Source: an uncultured Verrucomicrobiae bacterium
GTDB taxonomy: Bacteria > Verrucomicrobiota > Verrucomicrobiia > Limisphaerales > Palsa-1400
Direction of reading: 5' to 3'
Length of the DNA stretch: 64,000 bases
Assembly: GCA_963707025.1 (NCBI GenBank)
Contig: CAVPOM010000018.1
Span: 192,001-256,000, forward strand
Shown here one piece after another: positions 1 through 9,939 of the stretch. Made by a program: the position numbers and the translations under genes. Each line of letters opens with the position of its first letter. The first letter of the stretch is position 1. Below the pieces are notes generated by a model that did no database searches, had not been told where the DNA came from, and saw nothing but the letters and a program-made list of their open reading frames with translations.

Positions 1-378
1 CCGAAACGTGTCGTTTATAATGGTAAAACCTACTCTATGCTTGGACAAATAGACTTTTTTGATCATCTGGTTGACCGTCAAGAGCGCGTTGTTGGCTTCC
101 ATTTTATGTGTGTCCGAGATAAGGCGGCCGAACTTGCCTTGCAGTGGCTTGTCGAACACACCGTCAACACCTATCGCGACGAGATCGCATTTCAGATTTG
201 TTTGTCCGAAAAGACCGAGGAATTAACCAGCGATTGTTGTCAGGCATTTTTCGGTCTCGTGTTCGGCGCACAGCCTGCACGGGAGCCGATAATCGTGTTA
301 CCAGACTGTATCGCTTGGGCGCATGAGACTCTTGGCTTTGATCTTCAGCGCGAAAACGTGCCAGTGGGCTGCTGGTGA
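1..378 (+). CDS. 3' part of a hypothetical protein (open from the window edge), lower GC than the flanking DNA
   Basis: Frame 1 is open from base 1 (PKRVVYNGKTYSMLGQIDFF...) to TGA at 378; visibly more AT-rich than the next gene; no motif recognised. Confidence 0.55.
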   Translation, partial: PKRVVYNGKTYSMLGQIDFFDHLVDRQERVVGFHFMCVRDKAAELALQWLVEHTVNTYRDEIAFQICLSEKTEELTSDCCQAFFGLVFGAQPAREPIIVLPDCIAWAHETLGFDLQRENVPVGCW

Positions 379-440
379 TTGTGCGTAGCGAGGCAAATTG
401 ACAGCGTGCTTTTCCGGGTTAAATTTGCCGCAGTCTATCC

Positions 441-3400
441 ATGAAAGCTTGCTCGCTGCCCTGGCCAATTGGGCTCTGCCTCCTTGTCGCCGTGTTTTGG
501 CTGGGCGGCACGACGTTTCCCGCGCTGGCCAATTGGCCCGGCGGCACCGACGGCACCGGCCCCAGCGTCGTGCTGCTCGATAATGGCAACGGCACCGTCA
601 CCATGTCCAACGGCATCGTCTCCATCCTTTGCACCACGAATGGGGCGACCATCAACCAGATCAACTACACTTACAACAACGGCGGCGGCCCCACCACCAC
701 CCAGTTGCTCAACGGCGGCCATAATGGCGGCCAGTTGTATTGGGAACTGGGCGGCTTCGGTTCCGGCAGCTTTGTCTATTCGCCCGTGGCCAGCGGCGGC
801 GACTACGCCGAAATGGACCTCCTCACCACCTCCGCCAACAACGGCGCCGTGGACATTCATTTCTCCATGCTCCGGGGCTCGCCCGGCTTTTACGTCACCG
901 CCATTTGGAGCCACCGCAGCGTGGACGCCGCCATGAGCATGGGCGAAACGCGGGATAACATCTATGCGGGCAGCATGTTCAACTGGATGTGCGTGGACTC
1001 CCGGCGCAACCAATTAATGGAGGTGTCCGGCGGCTCCGCCATCGGCGTGTACGGCGCTCCGGTGGAGGTTTCAATTTGGACCAACGGACTCTACGCCGGG
1101 CGCTACGAGGACAAATACAAATACAGCGCCGACTTCGGCGCGCAACGGGTCTGGGGTTGGGCCAGCGTCAACGCCTCCACCGGCAGCGGCGGGCTTAATG
1201 TCGGCCTGTGGAATGTCCTGGCCAGCACCGAATATTATAATGGCGGCCCCATGAAGCGGGAGCTGATGTCCCACATCGGCACCACCATCCTCAACATGAC
1301 CCATGGCGGCCATTACGGCGGCGGCCAGGATGGCAACTGGGCTGCCTGGGAAGTTTGGACCCAGGTTTACGGGCCATGGTTTATTTATTGCAACCACGTG
1401 ACCAACACGCTCACCAATCCCGCCCAGGCCGCCGCCGCCCTCTACGCCGACGCCCAGGCGCAGGCCGGCGCCGAGGCCGCCGCCTGGCCCTACAGTTGGC
1501 TCACCAACGCCAATTATGCCCCGGCCTCCAGCCGCAGCGCTGTCTCCGGCCAAATCGTCATCAACGACACCTATAACACCAATGCCTCCGCCGCCGGCCT
1601 TTGGGTGGGCCTCATCCAGCAACCTTCCACCACCGACGGAATCTATGACTTTCAGGATTGGTGCAAGTGCTGCCAGTTCTGGGTCAAGAGCGGTCCCGAC
1701 GGCGTTTTCACTGTCTCCAACGTCATTGCCGGCGCCAACTACACCCTCTATGCCTTCGGCCCCGGCGCGGCCGGGATGTTCATGTCGCAAAATCAAATCG
1801 GCGGCAATCCGGACCTGACCTTCAACCTCCCGGCCGCTCCTTTCAGCGTCACCGTCACCGGCGGCGCCACCAACAATTTGGGCGCGGTCACCTGGACCCC
1901 CACCCGCGTCGGCCCCACCGTCTTTGAAATCGGCTATCCGAACCGGACCGCCGAGTACAAGTTTCGCCACAGCGATGATTGGTGGGTGGGCGACATCGGC
2001 CCCAGTTCCAACGCGCCCAGCCCCATCTGGAGCAAATACTTTGAGTACCCCTTCGACTTTCCCAACGGACCCAGCTACGCGGTGGGCCAAAGCCGGTGGT
2101 CCACCGACTGGAACTTCTGCCAGCCCGCCGTGTTCAACTCCTCGGGCGGCGCCAGCAGCTCCAGTTCCACCATTGCCTTCAATCTGGCCTCGGCGCCCGC
2201 CGGCGGCGCCAGCGCCTCGTTTTACATGGCCACCGCTTCCGATTTCACCGGGCCAATTGTCGTCAGCGTCAATGGTCATAATCTGGGCAGCACCAGCGGT
2301 GTGACTTCCACTCCCAACGCGAATGGCTCCGGTGGTTACAGCCCGGCTTTCTCCGGCGGCAACGACGAAAGCGACACCACCATTCGCGAGGGGATTCACG
2401 GTTGCTATTCAGACGAGCGCATCACTTTTCCCGCGACCTTGCTCACCTCCGGCCCGAACACCATCACCATCAAAATGAATGGCGGCGGCGCCGAAGACCA
2501 CATCATGTATGATTACATCCGCCTGGAACTGTCTGGCTACGTGCCGCCGCCGCCTGCCGCCGTCACCGCCTGGCCCGGCAACAACTGCAACTTGCTCAGT
2601 TGGCCGGTCACGCCCGGCGCCACCAGCTACAACATTCTGCGCTCCACCACTTCCGGAAGTGGTTATGCCGGCATTGCCACAGACGTGCCCGGCCCGGTCT
2701 GCGGCAGCGGCTCCAACAACGCCACTTACCTCGACACCAACGCACTCGACGGCACGGCTTACTATTACATTGTCCAATCCGTCAACCCCGTCGGCGCGAG
2801 CGCCGGCTCCCCTGCGAGCGCCGCCGCCACACCCTCGGCCGCCATCACCACCTCTGCCCCGGCCGCGCCCACCGGTCTGGCTGTCACGGTGGCCCACACC
2901 AACGTCACCCTCACCTGGAGTCCCTCCTCCGGCGCGAATTACTACTCGGTCTGGCGCTCCACCCTGGCGGACACCGGAGGCGGCGCCTCCAACATCCTCA
3001 GCACCAATATTCTTGACAACACCATCAGTACCGCCGCCTACAGCGACACCCGGCTGACCGACGGCGCCTACTACAGCTACTCCGTCACCGCCGCCAATGC
3101 CGCCGGCGCCAGCCCCAATTCCGCCTGGATCAACGCTACACCCCGGCCGGCGCCGCCGGCCGGCGCTCCGGCCAATTTCACCGTGACCACGGCCACCACC
3201 TCCTCCAACCAGCAAGCGACCTTGAGTTGGTCGGCCGTGAGCGGGGCGGTGGGTTACATCATCGAGCGATCCGCCGGCTCCGCCGGCCCATTTGCCTTCG
3301 CCAGCAACTTCGTCGTGAGCCTGACCGAAACTAGTTACACCGACGCCGCCCTGCCCCTGGGCACGGCTTATTACTACGTCGTCATCGCCGTCAACGCGGG

Positions 3401-5483
3401 CGGCGTTTCGCCCAATTCCACCATTATGGGCACCGCCCTCATCCCGCCCGCTCCCGCCAGCCTGAACGCGATCCCCGGCAACGCCCAAGTCACCTTGCTC
3501 TGGCCCGCCGCGCCCGGCGCCGCCAGCTACGTCATCAAGCGCGGCACCAGCTCCGGCAATGAAACCGCCACCGTCGCCTCGGGCGTCGCCGGCGCCAGCT
3601 ACACCAACACCGGCCTCAACAACGGCACGACTTACTATTACGTCGTCGCCGCGACCGCCAGCGGCGGCACCGGCCCGCCTTCCCCCGAAGCCAGCGCGAC
3701 CCCAAGCGCCACCATTTCAACTTCGACCTGGATTTGGACCGGCGCGGCCAGCACCGCCTGGGACACGACCACGGCCAACTGGATAAATGGCGGCAGCGTG
3801 GCGGTGTATGCCGACGGTGACCCTGTCGCTTTCGATGACTCGGCCGCGACCACCACCGTGGCCATCACCGGCGCGGTTTACCCCGCCTCCGTCACCTTCT
3901 CCAACGCCACCGCCGCCTACACCTTGAGCGCGGGCGGGGCGGGCATCTCCGGCCCGTCGGGCATTGTCAAGACCAATTCAGGCGTGGTCACCGTCACCAG
4001 CGCCAACGCTTGCACCGGGGGCACGGTGATCCATGGCGGCATGATTACCCTTTCCGGCGCCAACGGCAGCGCCGCTTTCACCGCCGCCCTCGGTTCCGGC
4101 CCCGTCACCCTCAACATTGGAGGCGAACTCCAACTGGCCCCGCCGGGCGGCAGCGCGGGAAAAACTTCCAGCACCTTCAGCAACAACTTTGTGCTCAACG
4201 GCGGCACCCTCTATGGCAACGACGGCCAGGAACATCTCACCGGCTCCATCGCCGTCAACGCCGCCTCCTCCCTCCTGCGGCAGTGGGACAACTCCACCGC
4301 CGATCAAACCAAGGCCCTGCTGTGCGACGGCCTGCTTTCCGGCGCCGCCGCCCTGAACCTGTCCGGCACCGGCGGCTACACCAGTCAGGGCGCCAGAATC
4401 TGGATTGACAACCCCGCCAATACCTACAGCGGAACCATCACCGTCAACGCCGGCACCGCCCTGGGCGGATTCGCCCTGGCCCTGGGCGCGAACAACGCCC
4501 TGCAATTCGCCACCGTCAACCTGCAAGGCGTCCGCCCCGCCGCCAGCACCGACGCCACCCTCCTCTACGGCGTGGAATTTCTGGCCGGCCAGGACGCCCC
4601 GGTCCTCGGGGGGTTGCAAGGCAGCGGCAACATCGCCCTGGCCGATCTGGGCGGCGCATCCGTGGTATTGACAGTTGGCGGCAATAACACCTCCGGCGCC
4701 TTCTCCGGCATCTTGAGCGGCGCGGGCGGCCTGGCCAAGACGGGGGCCGGAACGCTGGCCCTGTCCGGCGCGAACACCTTCACCGGCGCAACCACCGTCC
4801 TGGCGGGCCAACTGCTGGTCAACGGATCGCTGGCTGCCGGCAGCGCCGTGACCGTCGCCGGCGGCGGCGTTCTCGGCGGCACGGGAACCGTCAACGGCCC
4901 AGTGACGATCCAGAGCGGCGGGGTCTTCTCTCCCGGCGGCTCTCTCGGCCAAATGAATTTCGGCAGCTCCGTCACCCTCTCCGCGGGCAGCACCAACCTT
5001 TTTCAAATCAGCCCGTCTCCCCTGGCCAACAATGCCGCCGTCATTGCCGGCGCGTTGACCAACGGCGGCGTCCTCATCGTCAGCAACAGTAGCGCCGCCG
5101 CTCCCGCCGCGAACCAAACCTTTTCACTCTTCAACGCCGCGAGCCACGACGGCGATTTCGCCGCGGTTATCCTGCCTCCCCTGCCGTTCGGCCTGGGCTG
5201 GAACACCAATCAACTCAACAGCGCCGGCGTCATCTCCGTCATCATCATCACCCGTCCCCTGATCGCGCCGCCCGTCCTTTCCTCTGGCGGCCTGGTTTTC
5301 GCTGGAACCGGCGGCGTCGGCTCCGCCCGTTACTATCTCATTTCCTCGACCGACCTCGTCACCCCGTTGAGCAACTGGAGCATCGTGGCCACCAACGTCT
5401 TCGACACCGGCGGCAACTTCATCTTGACCAATCCGCCCAACCCCGCCCAGCCTTTGCAATTCTTCCAACTGGAACTGCCCTGA
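441..5483 (+). CDS. Secreted rhamnogalacturonan lyase (PL4-like) with fibronectin type III repeats, autotransporter-associated beta-strand repeats and a C-terminal Verrucomicrobia-type domain
   Basis: Signal peptide; PL4-like motifs (EDKYKYS, GGPMKRELMSH, MYDYIRLE); several FN3 units (W....GATSYNILRS...TYYYVV); GGLAKTGAGTLALSGANTFTGATTV repeat. Confidence 0.85.
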   Translation: MKACSLPWPIGLCLLVAVFWLGGTTFPALANWPGGTDGTGPSVVLLDNGNGTVTMSNGIVSILCTTNGATINQINYTYNNGGGPTTTQLLNGGHNGGQLYWELGGFGSGSFVYSPVASGGDYAEMDLLTTSANNGAVDIHFSMLRGSPGFYVTAIWSHRSVDAAMSMGETRDNIYAGSMFNWMCVDSRRNQLMEVSGGSAIGVYGAPVEVSIWTNGLYAGRYEDKYKYSADFGAQRVWGWASVNASTGSGGLNVGLWNVLASTEYYNGGPMKRELMSHIGTTILNMTHGGHYGGGQDGNWAAWEVWTQVYGPWFIYCNHVTNTLTNPAQAAAALYADAQAQAGAEAAAWPYSWLTNANYAPASSRSAVSGQIVINDTYNTNASAAGLWVGLIQQPSTTDGIYDFQDWCKCCQFWVKSGPDGVFTVSNVIAGANYTLYAFGPGAAGMFMSQNQIGGNPDLTFNLPAAPFSVTVTGGATNNLGAVTWTPTRVGPTVFEIGYPNRTAEYKFRHSDDWWVGDIGPSSNAPSPIWSKYFEYPFDFPNGPSYAVGQSRWSTDWNFCQPAVFNSSGGASSSSSTIAFNLASAPAGGASASFYMATASDFTGPIVVSVNGHNLGSTSGVTSTPNANGSGGYSPAFSGGNDESDTTIREGIHGCYSDERITFPATLLTSGPNTITIKMNGGGAEDHIMYDYIRLELSGYVPPPPAAVTAWPGNNCNLLSWPVTPGATSYNILRSTTSGSGYAGIATDVPGPVCGSGSNNATYLDTNALDGTAYYYIVQSVNPVGASAGSPASAAATPSAAITTSAPAAPTGLAVTVAHTNVTLTWSPSSGANYYSVWRSTLADTGGGASNILSTNILDNTISTAAYSDTRLTDGAYYSYSVTAANAAGASPNSAWINATPRPAPPAGAPANFTVTTATTSSNQQATLSWSAVSGAVGYIIERSAGSAGPFAFASNFVVSLTETSYTDAALPLGTAYYYVVIAVNAGGVSPNSTIMGTALIPPAPASLNAIPGNAQVTLLWPAAPGAASYVIKRGTSSGNETATVASGVAGASYTNTGLNNGTTYYYVVAATASGGTGPPSPEASATPSATISTSTWIWTGAASTAWDTTTANWINGGSVAVYADGDPVAFDDSAATTTVAITGAVYPASVTFSNATAAYTLSAGGAGISGPSGIVKTNSGVVTVTSANACTGGTVIHGGMITLSGANGSAAFTAALGSGPVTLNIGGELQLAPPGGSAGKTSSTFSNNFVLNGGTLYGNDGQEHLTGSIAVNAASSLLRQWDNSTADQTKALLCDGLLSGAAALNLSGTGGYTSQGARIWIDNPANTYSGTITVNAGTALGGFALALGANNALQFATVNLQGVRPAASTDATLLYGVEFLAGQDAPVLGGLQGSGNIALADLGGASVVLTVGGNNTSGAFSGILSGAGGLAKTGAGTLALSGANTFTGATTVLAGQLLVNGSLAAGSAVTVAGGGVLGGTGTVNGPVTIQSGGVFSPGGSLGQMNFGSSVTLSAGSTNLFQISPSPLANNAAVIAGALTNGGVLIVSNSSAAAPAANQTFSLFNAASHDGDFAAVILPPLPFGLGWNTNQLNSAGVISVIIITRPLIAPPVLSSGGLVFAGTGGVGSARYYLISSTDLVTPLSNWSIVATNVFDTGGNFILTNPPNPAQPLQFFQLELP

Positions 5484-5669
5484 TTGGCCCGGCCATCAAG
5501 CATGGGTTGGAGGCCGTTTTTTTCCATGAGCTCGAGCCTGTGGCTCGACTTCGGCGCACAGCGCCAACACTACAACAATGAAACCAAGCCGCTGCCGGCT
5601 CATGCGCCGGTTTGACATTTGCGTCCGGCATCTCATCATGGGAGCGGTTGACCTGGTATTCCCGTTGGA

Positions 5670-6800
5670 ATGACTGCTCCTGAAAAATTGTTGTGTGAAC
5701 TGATCGCGCTGCCCAGCGTGAACCCGGCGTTTTTGCCCGCCCGCGATCCCTGCGCCGGCGAAGGCCGGGTCGCTGAGTTTTTGGCGGCCACCGCCGCCCA
5801 GGCCGGATTGGATGTCCATTTTCAAAACGTCCAACCCGGCCGCTCCAATTTGCTGGCCACTCTTCGGCCCTCGGGCCGGCCCCGCCACCGCCTCCTCCTG
5901 GCCCCGCACCTGGACACCGTGCCGGCAATGGCCGGGGAACAATATGTGCCGCGGCTGGCAGGCGCGCGCATTTACGGCCGGGGCGCCTGCGACACCAAAG
6001 GCTCGGTCGCCGCCATGCTCACCGCCTTGTGCCAACTGGCCAAACAAGGCCCGCGCCCGGCGGAAACGGAAATTGTTTTCGCCGGCCTGGTGGATGAAGA
6101 ACACGCGCAGAGCGGCGCGCGCGCCCTGGCCGCCGGCGGCGGCACAGCGGATTTGGCCGTCGTGGGCGAGCCGACCCGGCTGCGCATTGTCACCGCCCAC
6201 AAAGGCAGTCTCTGGCTGGGCCTGGCCACCCGGGGCAAATCGGCCCACGGCGCCCGCCCCGAACTGGGGCGCAACGCCGTCCATGAAATGGCGCAAGTGG
6301 TCTGCCTGCTGGAAACCCATTATGCGCGGCGCCTGCGCCGCCGGCGCCATCCGCTGCTGGGCCACGCCACCGTCAACGTCGGAGTCATCGCGGGCGGCAC
6401 GCAGCCCAACATTGTGCCCGCGGCCTGCCGCATCAGCGTGGATCGCCGCACCTTGCCGGGGGAAACGGAAAAAGGCGTGCGGGCGGAAATGATGGCCTTG
6501 TTTCGCAGCCGGAACCTGCGCGTCACCATTGCGGACCAAAAGCAGGCGGCCTGCCTGCCCATGGAAACGGATTGCCGGCTGCCGCTGGTGCGCCAGTTCT
6601 TTCGCCTGGCGGGCCAGAAAAAAGCGGCGGGGGTGGATTATTTCTGCGACGCTTCCGTGCTGGCGCGGGCCGGGATTGCCAGCGTGGTGTTCGGGCCGGG
6701 GGACATCGCGCAGGCCCACACGGCGGAGGAGTGGATTGCGCGAAAGTCACTGGAGGCGGCGACGGCGCTGCTGGCCGGTTTTTTGCGGTCGCTGCCGTAA
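5670..6800 (+). CDS. M20 family metallopeptidase, ArgE/DapE-like deacylase
   Basis: HLDTVP, YGRGACDTKG, DEE, GEPT, GKSAHG and GPGDIAQAHTAEEW motifs. Confidence 0.9.
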   Translation: MTAPEKLLCELIALPSVNPAFLPARDPCAGEGRVAEFLAATAAQAGLDVHFQNVQPGRSNLLATLRPSGRPRHRLLLAPHLDTVPAMAGEQYVPRLAGARIYGRGACDTKGSVAAMLTALCQLAKQGPRPAETEIVFAGLVDEEHAQSGARALAAGGGTADLAVVGEPTRLRIVTAHKGSLWLGLATRGKSAHGARPELGRNAVHEMAQVVCLLETHYARRLRRRRHPLLGHATVNVGVIAGGTQPNIVPAACRISVDRRTLPGETEKGVRAEMMALFRSRNLRVTIADQKQAACLPMETDCRLPLVRQFFRLAGQKKAAGVDYFCDASVLARAGIASVVFGPGDIAQAHTAEEWIARKSLEAATALLAGFLRSLP

Positions 6801-6805
6801 AACTG

Positions 6806-8242
6806 ATGAGTTCCGAAAGCAAATCCTCTTTTTTCCGCCAAAGCGGCTGGATGGTGGTGTCCACCTTTCTGGGCGGCATCTTCATGGTCAGCGTCCAGAT
6901 GGCGGCCCAAAACAGCCGGGTGATGGAAACCGCCGATTCCAACACCTTCATTGCCCTGCTCGGCCTTTTAATCATTTTTGGCGGGGTGCCCTCCGCCGCC
7001 CTGCAAACCATTTTTGCCCAGCAGGCGGCCGCGGCCGTGAGCGATGAAAAGACGCGGGAGTTGACGGCGACTTTGCGCGCCCTTCTCCGGACTATATTTT
7101 GGTTCTGGTTTGTCATCGCCGGCTTGATCATGATTTTCGCCGGATCCGCGGCTTCGGCCTTGGGGGTCAATGATCCGGCGGCGTTGCGCATCGTCATGCT
7201 AGCCGTGCTGGCGGTGATCTGCCTGCCCACCTTCAAAGGGGTGTTGCAGGGCCTGCACCGCTTCGCTCCGCTGGGCTGGCTGCAGATCATGGAAGGCGTC
7301 CTCCGCCTGGCCATATTTTTTCTCTTCGTGATGTGGCTCAAGTGGCGGGCCGCGGGAGCTGCTTGGGCGGTCTGCATTGCCGCCTATCTCACGCTGGCCC
7401 TGGCCATCTGGCGGACCCGCGATGTCTGGCGCGCCAAAACCTCCGCCTCCTTTTCCTGGAAGCCCTGGCTGATCCGGGGCGCGCCCCTGACCCTGGCCAT
7501 GGGCACCTATGTTTGCATGTCCAGCCTGGATCGTGTCTTCACCAAGAGCCTCTTTTTTGATCCGTTCCCAGTCAAGTTGTACTATAACGCCATGCTGATC
7601 GGCTATGCCCTCGGCCAGTTCATCTCCCCAATCAGCTTGGTGATGTTTCCCACCATTGTCCGGAACCTGGCCCTGTCCAAAAAGACCGACGCCTTGCTCC
7701 TGACCCTGGCCGCGACCAGCATTTTTGGATGTCTGGCCGCGGTGGGATGCACTTTGTTTCCGCGACTGCCTCTGGCCGTTCTCCATTTCCGGCTGGAGGC
7801 CGCTCCCTTGGTCCCCTGGTTTGCGTGGTCGCTCCTGCCCCTCACCCTGGCCTATGTCCTCATGCTGAATTTGATGGCGCGGGGACGCTATTACGCCGCG
7901 CAGTGGCTCATTTTGGTTCCCGTGTTTTACGCTCTGGCGCTCCTGCTGCTCTCGCCGCTGATGGTGAAGATGGCCGACCTCACCGCCCTGGCGCGGGGAA
8001 TGACCGATCCCAAGGAATTGCTCCAGATGCAGATTATGGCGGACCTCCCTGCCATGACGCGGGTGATCCAAACTCTGGGCTGTTCCAACCTGGCCTTGTT
8101 CGGCGTGGCGGCCTGGTTCACCTGGCGCAAGCCGGCTGAACGCAGTTTCGGATCCGGGTTCGGCGGGGGCGCGTGGAGTTTCCGATACAGCCAGTTTTCC
8201 ACCGGGGCGAAAAGTTTCCGCAGCGGATTGAGCCGCGAATAA
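6806..8242 (+). CDS. Polysaccharide biosynthesis flippase-like (Wzx/MATE superfamily) membrane protein
   Basis: About 12 hydrophobic segments; FFRQSGWM N-terminus, GVLQG, MFP motifs; ATG at 6806 just after the upstream stop. Confidence 0.75.
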   Translation: MSSESKSSFFRQSGWMVVSTFLGGIFMVSVQMAAQNSRVMETADSNTFIALLGLLIIFGGVPSAALQTIFAQQAAAAVSDEKTRELTATLRALLRTIFWFWFVIAGLIMIFAGSAASALGVNDPAALRIVMLAVLAVICLPTFKGVLQGLHRFAPLGWLQIMEGVLRLAIFFLFVMWLKWRAAGAAWAVCIAAYLTLALAIWRTRDVWRAKTSASFSWKPWLIRGAPLTLAMGTYVCMSSLDRVFTKSLFFDPFPVKLYYNAMLIGYALGQFISPISLVMFPTIVRNLALSKKTDALLLTLAATSIFGCLAAVGCTLFPRLPLAVLHFRLEAAPLVPWFAWSLLPLTLAYVLMLNLMARGRYYAAQWLILVPVFYALALLLLSPLMVKMADLTALARGMTDPKELLQMQIMADLPAMTRVIQTLGCSNLALFGVAAWFTWRKPAERSFGSGFGGGAWSFRYSQFSTGAKSFRSGLSRE

Positions 8243-8955
8243 ATCCAGCGCAGGCGGATGACCGACAGCAGCATGGTCAGCGAAGTCCGGCCCAGCGCCA
8301 CCTTGGAGCCCACCTTGTCGGTCCACTCCGTCGGCACTTCCAAAACGCGCCAACCCTCCCGCTTGAGCAAGTAAAGAAGATTGATGTCAAAGGCCATGTC
8401 GGCAATGCAGAGGAAGGGATGGATTTTTTCCACGGCGGCGCGCCGCATCACTTTGGCGCCGCATTGGGTGTCCCGGATGTTCATGCCGAAAAAAAACTGC
8501 ACGATGCCGTGAAAAACCCGGCTGGCAAATCGCCGCCGCCCCGCCTGCATCTGGTGCAGCACCGCCCCCGGCAGCCAGCGCGAGCCAATCACGCAATCCG
8601 CCTCGGGCATGTGCCGGATCAGGTCCAGAAACGCCGACGGGGCCGTGGCCCCGTCGGCATCCACGTAGCCGATCAAATCGGCGCGCGGCGCCAGGCGCAG
8701 CCCCTCGATCAGTGCCCCGCCCTTGCCAATGGGCGCGGGAAATTCCAGGGCGCTGACTTCGGGAAATTCCGCCGCCACCCGCTGCACCACGTCCGGGGTA
8801 TTGTCCCGGCAACCGTTGAGCACCACCACCAGTTGGAACTTGCCCTGGTAATTCCGCCGGAAAAACTCGGCGTAGCTGCGCAACACCGGTTCGATCCGAT
8901 CCTCCTCGTTGTAAGCAGGTATCAGCAACAACACACTGGGATGGACCTCGGCCAC
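7927..8955 (-). CDS. Glycosyltransferase family 2 (dolichyl-phosphate glucosyltransferase-like)
   Basis: LIPAYNEE, GKGGA, DADG, IGSR, DTQCGAK, AFDINLL motifs; the C-terminal ~75 aa look like read-through into the flippase gene. Confidence 0.88.
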   Translation of the reverse strand: MAEVHPSVLLLIPAYNEEDRIEPVLRSYAEFFRRNYQGKFQLVVVLNGCRDNTPDVVQRVAAEFPEVSALEFPAPIGKGGALIEGLRLAPRADLIGYVDADGATAPSAFLDLIRHMPEADCVIGSRWLPGAVLHQMQAGRRRFASRVFHGIVQFFFGMNIRDTQCGAKVMRRAAVEKIHPFLCIADMAFDINLLYLLKREGWRVLEVPTEWTDKVGSKVALGRTSLTMLLSVIRLRWIYSRLNPLRKLFAPVENWLYRKLHAPPPNPDPKLRSAGLRQVNQAATPNKARLEQPRVWITRVMAGRSAIICIWSNSLGSVIPRARAVRSAIFTISGESSRSARA

Positions 8956-9014
8956 AGGCGGAGTGTTTACCCAAACCGTCCCGCCATGTCGAGGGGAGAG
9001 TTGGAAGGGATCTG

Positions 9015-9091
9015 TCCTAATCTTAATCCTAATCTTAATCTTAATCTCTGAGGACTGATGACGGAGATTAGGATTAAGATTATGATTAAGA
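9015..9091. repeat. Inverted pair of hexamer tandem arrays (TAATCT)n ... (AGATTA)n
   Basis: cctaatcttaatcctaatcttaatcttaatctc ... gagattaggattaagattatgattaaga. Confidence 0.85.
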
Positions 9092-9113
9092 TGGAAACCC
9101 CGCCCTTTGCCGC

Positions 9114-9141
9114 TTGCCAGCAGCGGGTGGACGTTTAACCT
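9114..9141 (+). promoter_or_regulatory. Putative sigma70 leaderless promoter
   Basis: TTGCCA-16 nt-TAACCT, then 6 nt to the GTG start at 9148. Confidence 0.55.
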
Positions 9142-9147
9142 TCCCCC

Positions 9148-9939
9148 GTGAACCTTCTTTTCATTGGCGACATCGTGGGTGAACCGGGGCGGCGCGCCGT
9201 CAAACAGCTTTTGCCCAAATTACGCGCGGATCTCCGGCTGGACATGGTGGTGGCCAATGGCGAAAACGCCGCCGGCGGCGCGGGCATCACCGTCAACACG
9301 GCCAACGAAATTTTCGGCGCCGGGGTGGACATCATGACCACCGGCGACCATCTTTGGGACCAAAAGGAAGCGGCCATTCTGCTGCAAACCGAACCGCGTT
9401 TTTTGCGCCCGCTCAATTATCCGCCCGGCGTCATGGGCCAGGGCAGCACGATCTGGCATTCGGAAAAACTCCCCCCGGTCGCCGTGCTCAACTTGCAGGG
9501 CCGCACCTTCATGCCCCCGCTGGACAATCCCTTTCTCTGCGGCAAGACCGAGGCGGAACATCTGCGCAAAATCACCAGGATTATTTTCGTGGACATGCAC
9601 GCCGAGGCGACCTCGGAAAAAATCGCCCTGGCCCGCATGCTCGACGGGCGCGTCAGCGCCGTGGTCGGAACCCACACCCATGTGCAAACCGCCGACGAAC
9701 AGATCTTTCCCGGCGGCACCGCCTATCTGAGCGACGCCGGTTTCACAGGCCCGCACGACAGCGTCCTGGGCCGCGAAATCGAGCCGGTCATCGAACGGTT
9801 CCGCGCCAACACCCCGCAAAAGTTCGACGTGGCCAAAGGCCGCATTCTTTTGCAAGGCGCCTTGATTGAAATTGACGCGGCCACCGGCCGGGCCTTGGGC
9901 ATCCGCCGCATTTCCGAGCCGCTCCCTGAAGATGCCTAA
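9148..9939 (+). CDS. ymdB: YmdB-like metallophosphoesterase (TIGR00282 family)
   Basis: GDIVG, NGENAAGG, DMHAEATSEK, GTHTHVQTAD motifs. Confidence 0.92.
   Translation: MNLLFIGDIVGEPGRRAVKQLLPKLRADLRLDMVVANGENAAGGAGITVNTANEIFGAGVDIMTTGDHLWDQKEAAILLQTEPRFLRPLNYPPGVMGQGSTIWHSEKLPPVAVLNLQGRTFMPPLDNPFLCGKTEAEHLRKITRIIFVDMHAEATSEKIALARMLDGRVSAVVGTHTHVQTADEQIFPGGTAYLSDAGFTGPHDSVLGREIEPVIERFRANTPQKFDVAKGRILLQGALIEIDAATGRALGIRRISEPLPEDA

Noticed and set aside
6572..6805. Upstream extension of the flippase ORF
   Set aside because: Overlaps the M20 gene; the ATG at 6806 is the plausible start.
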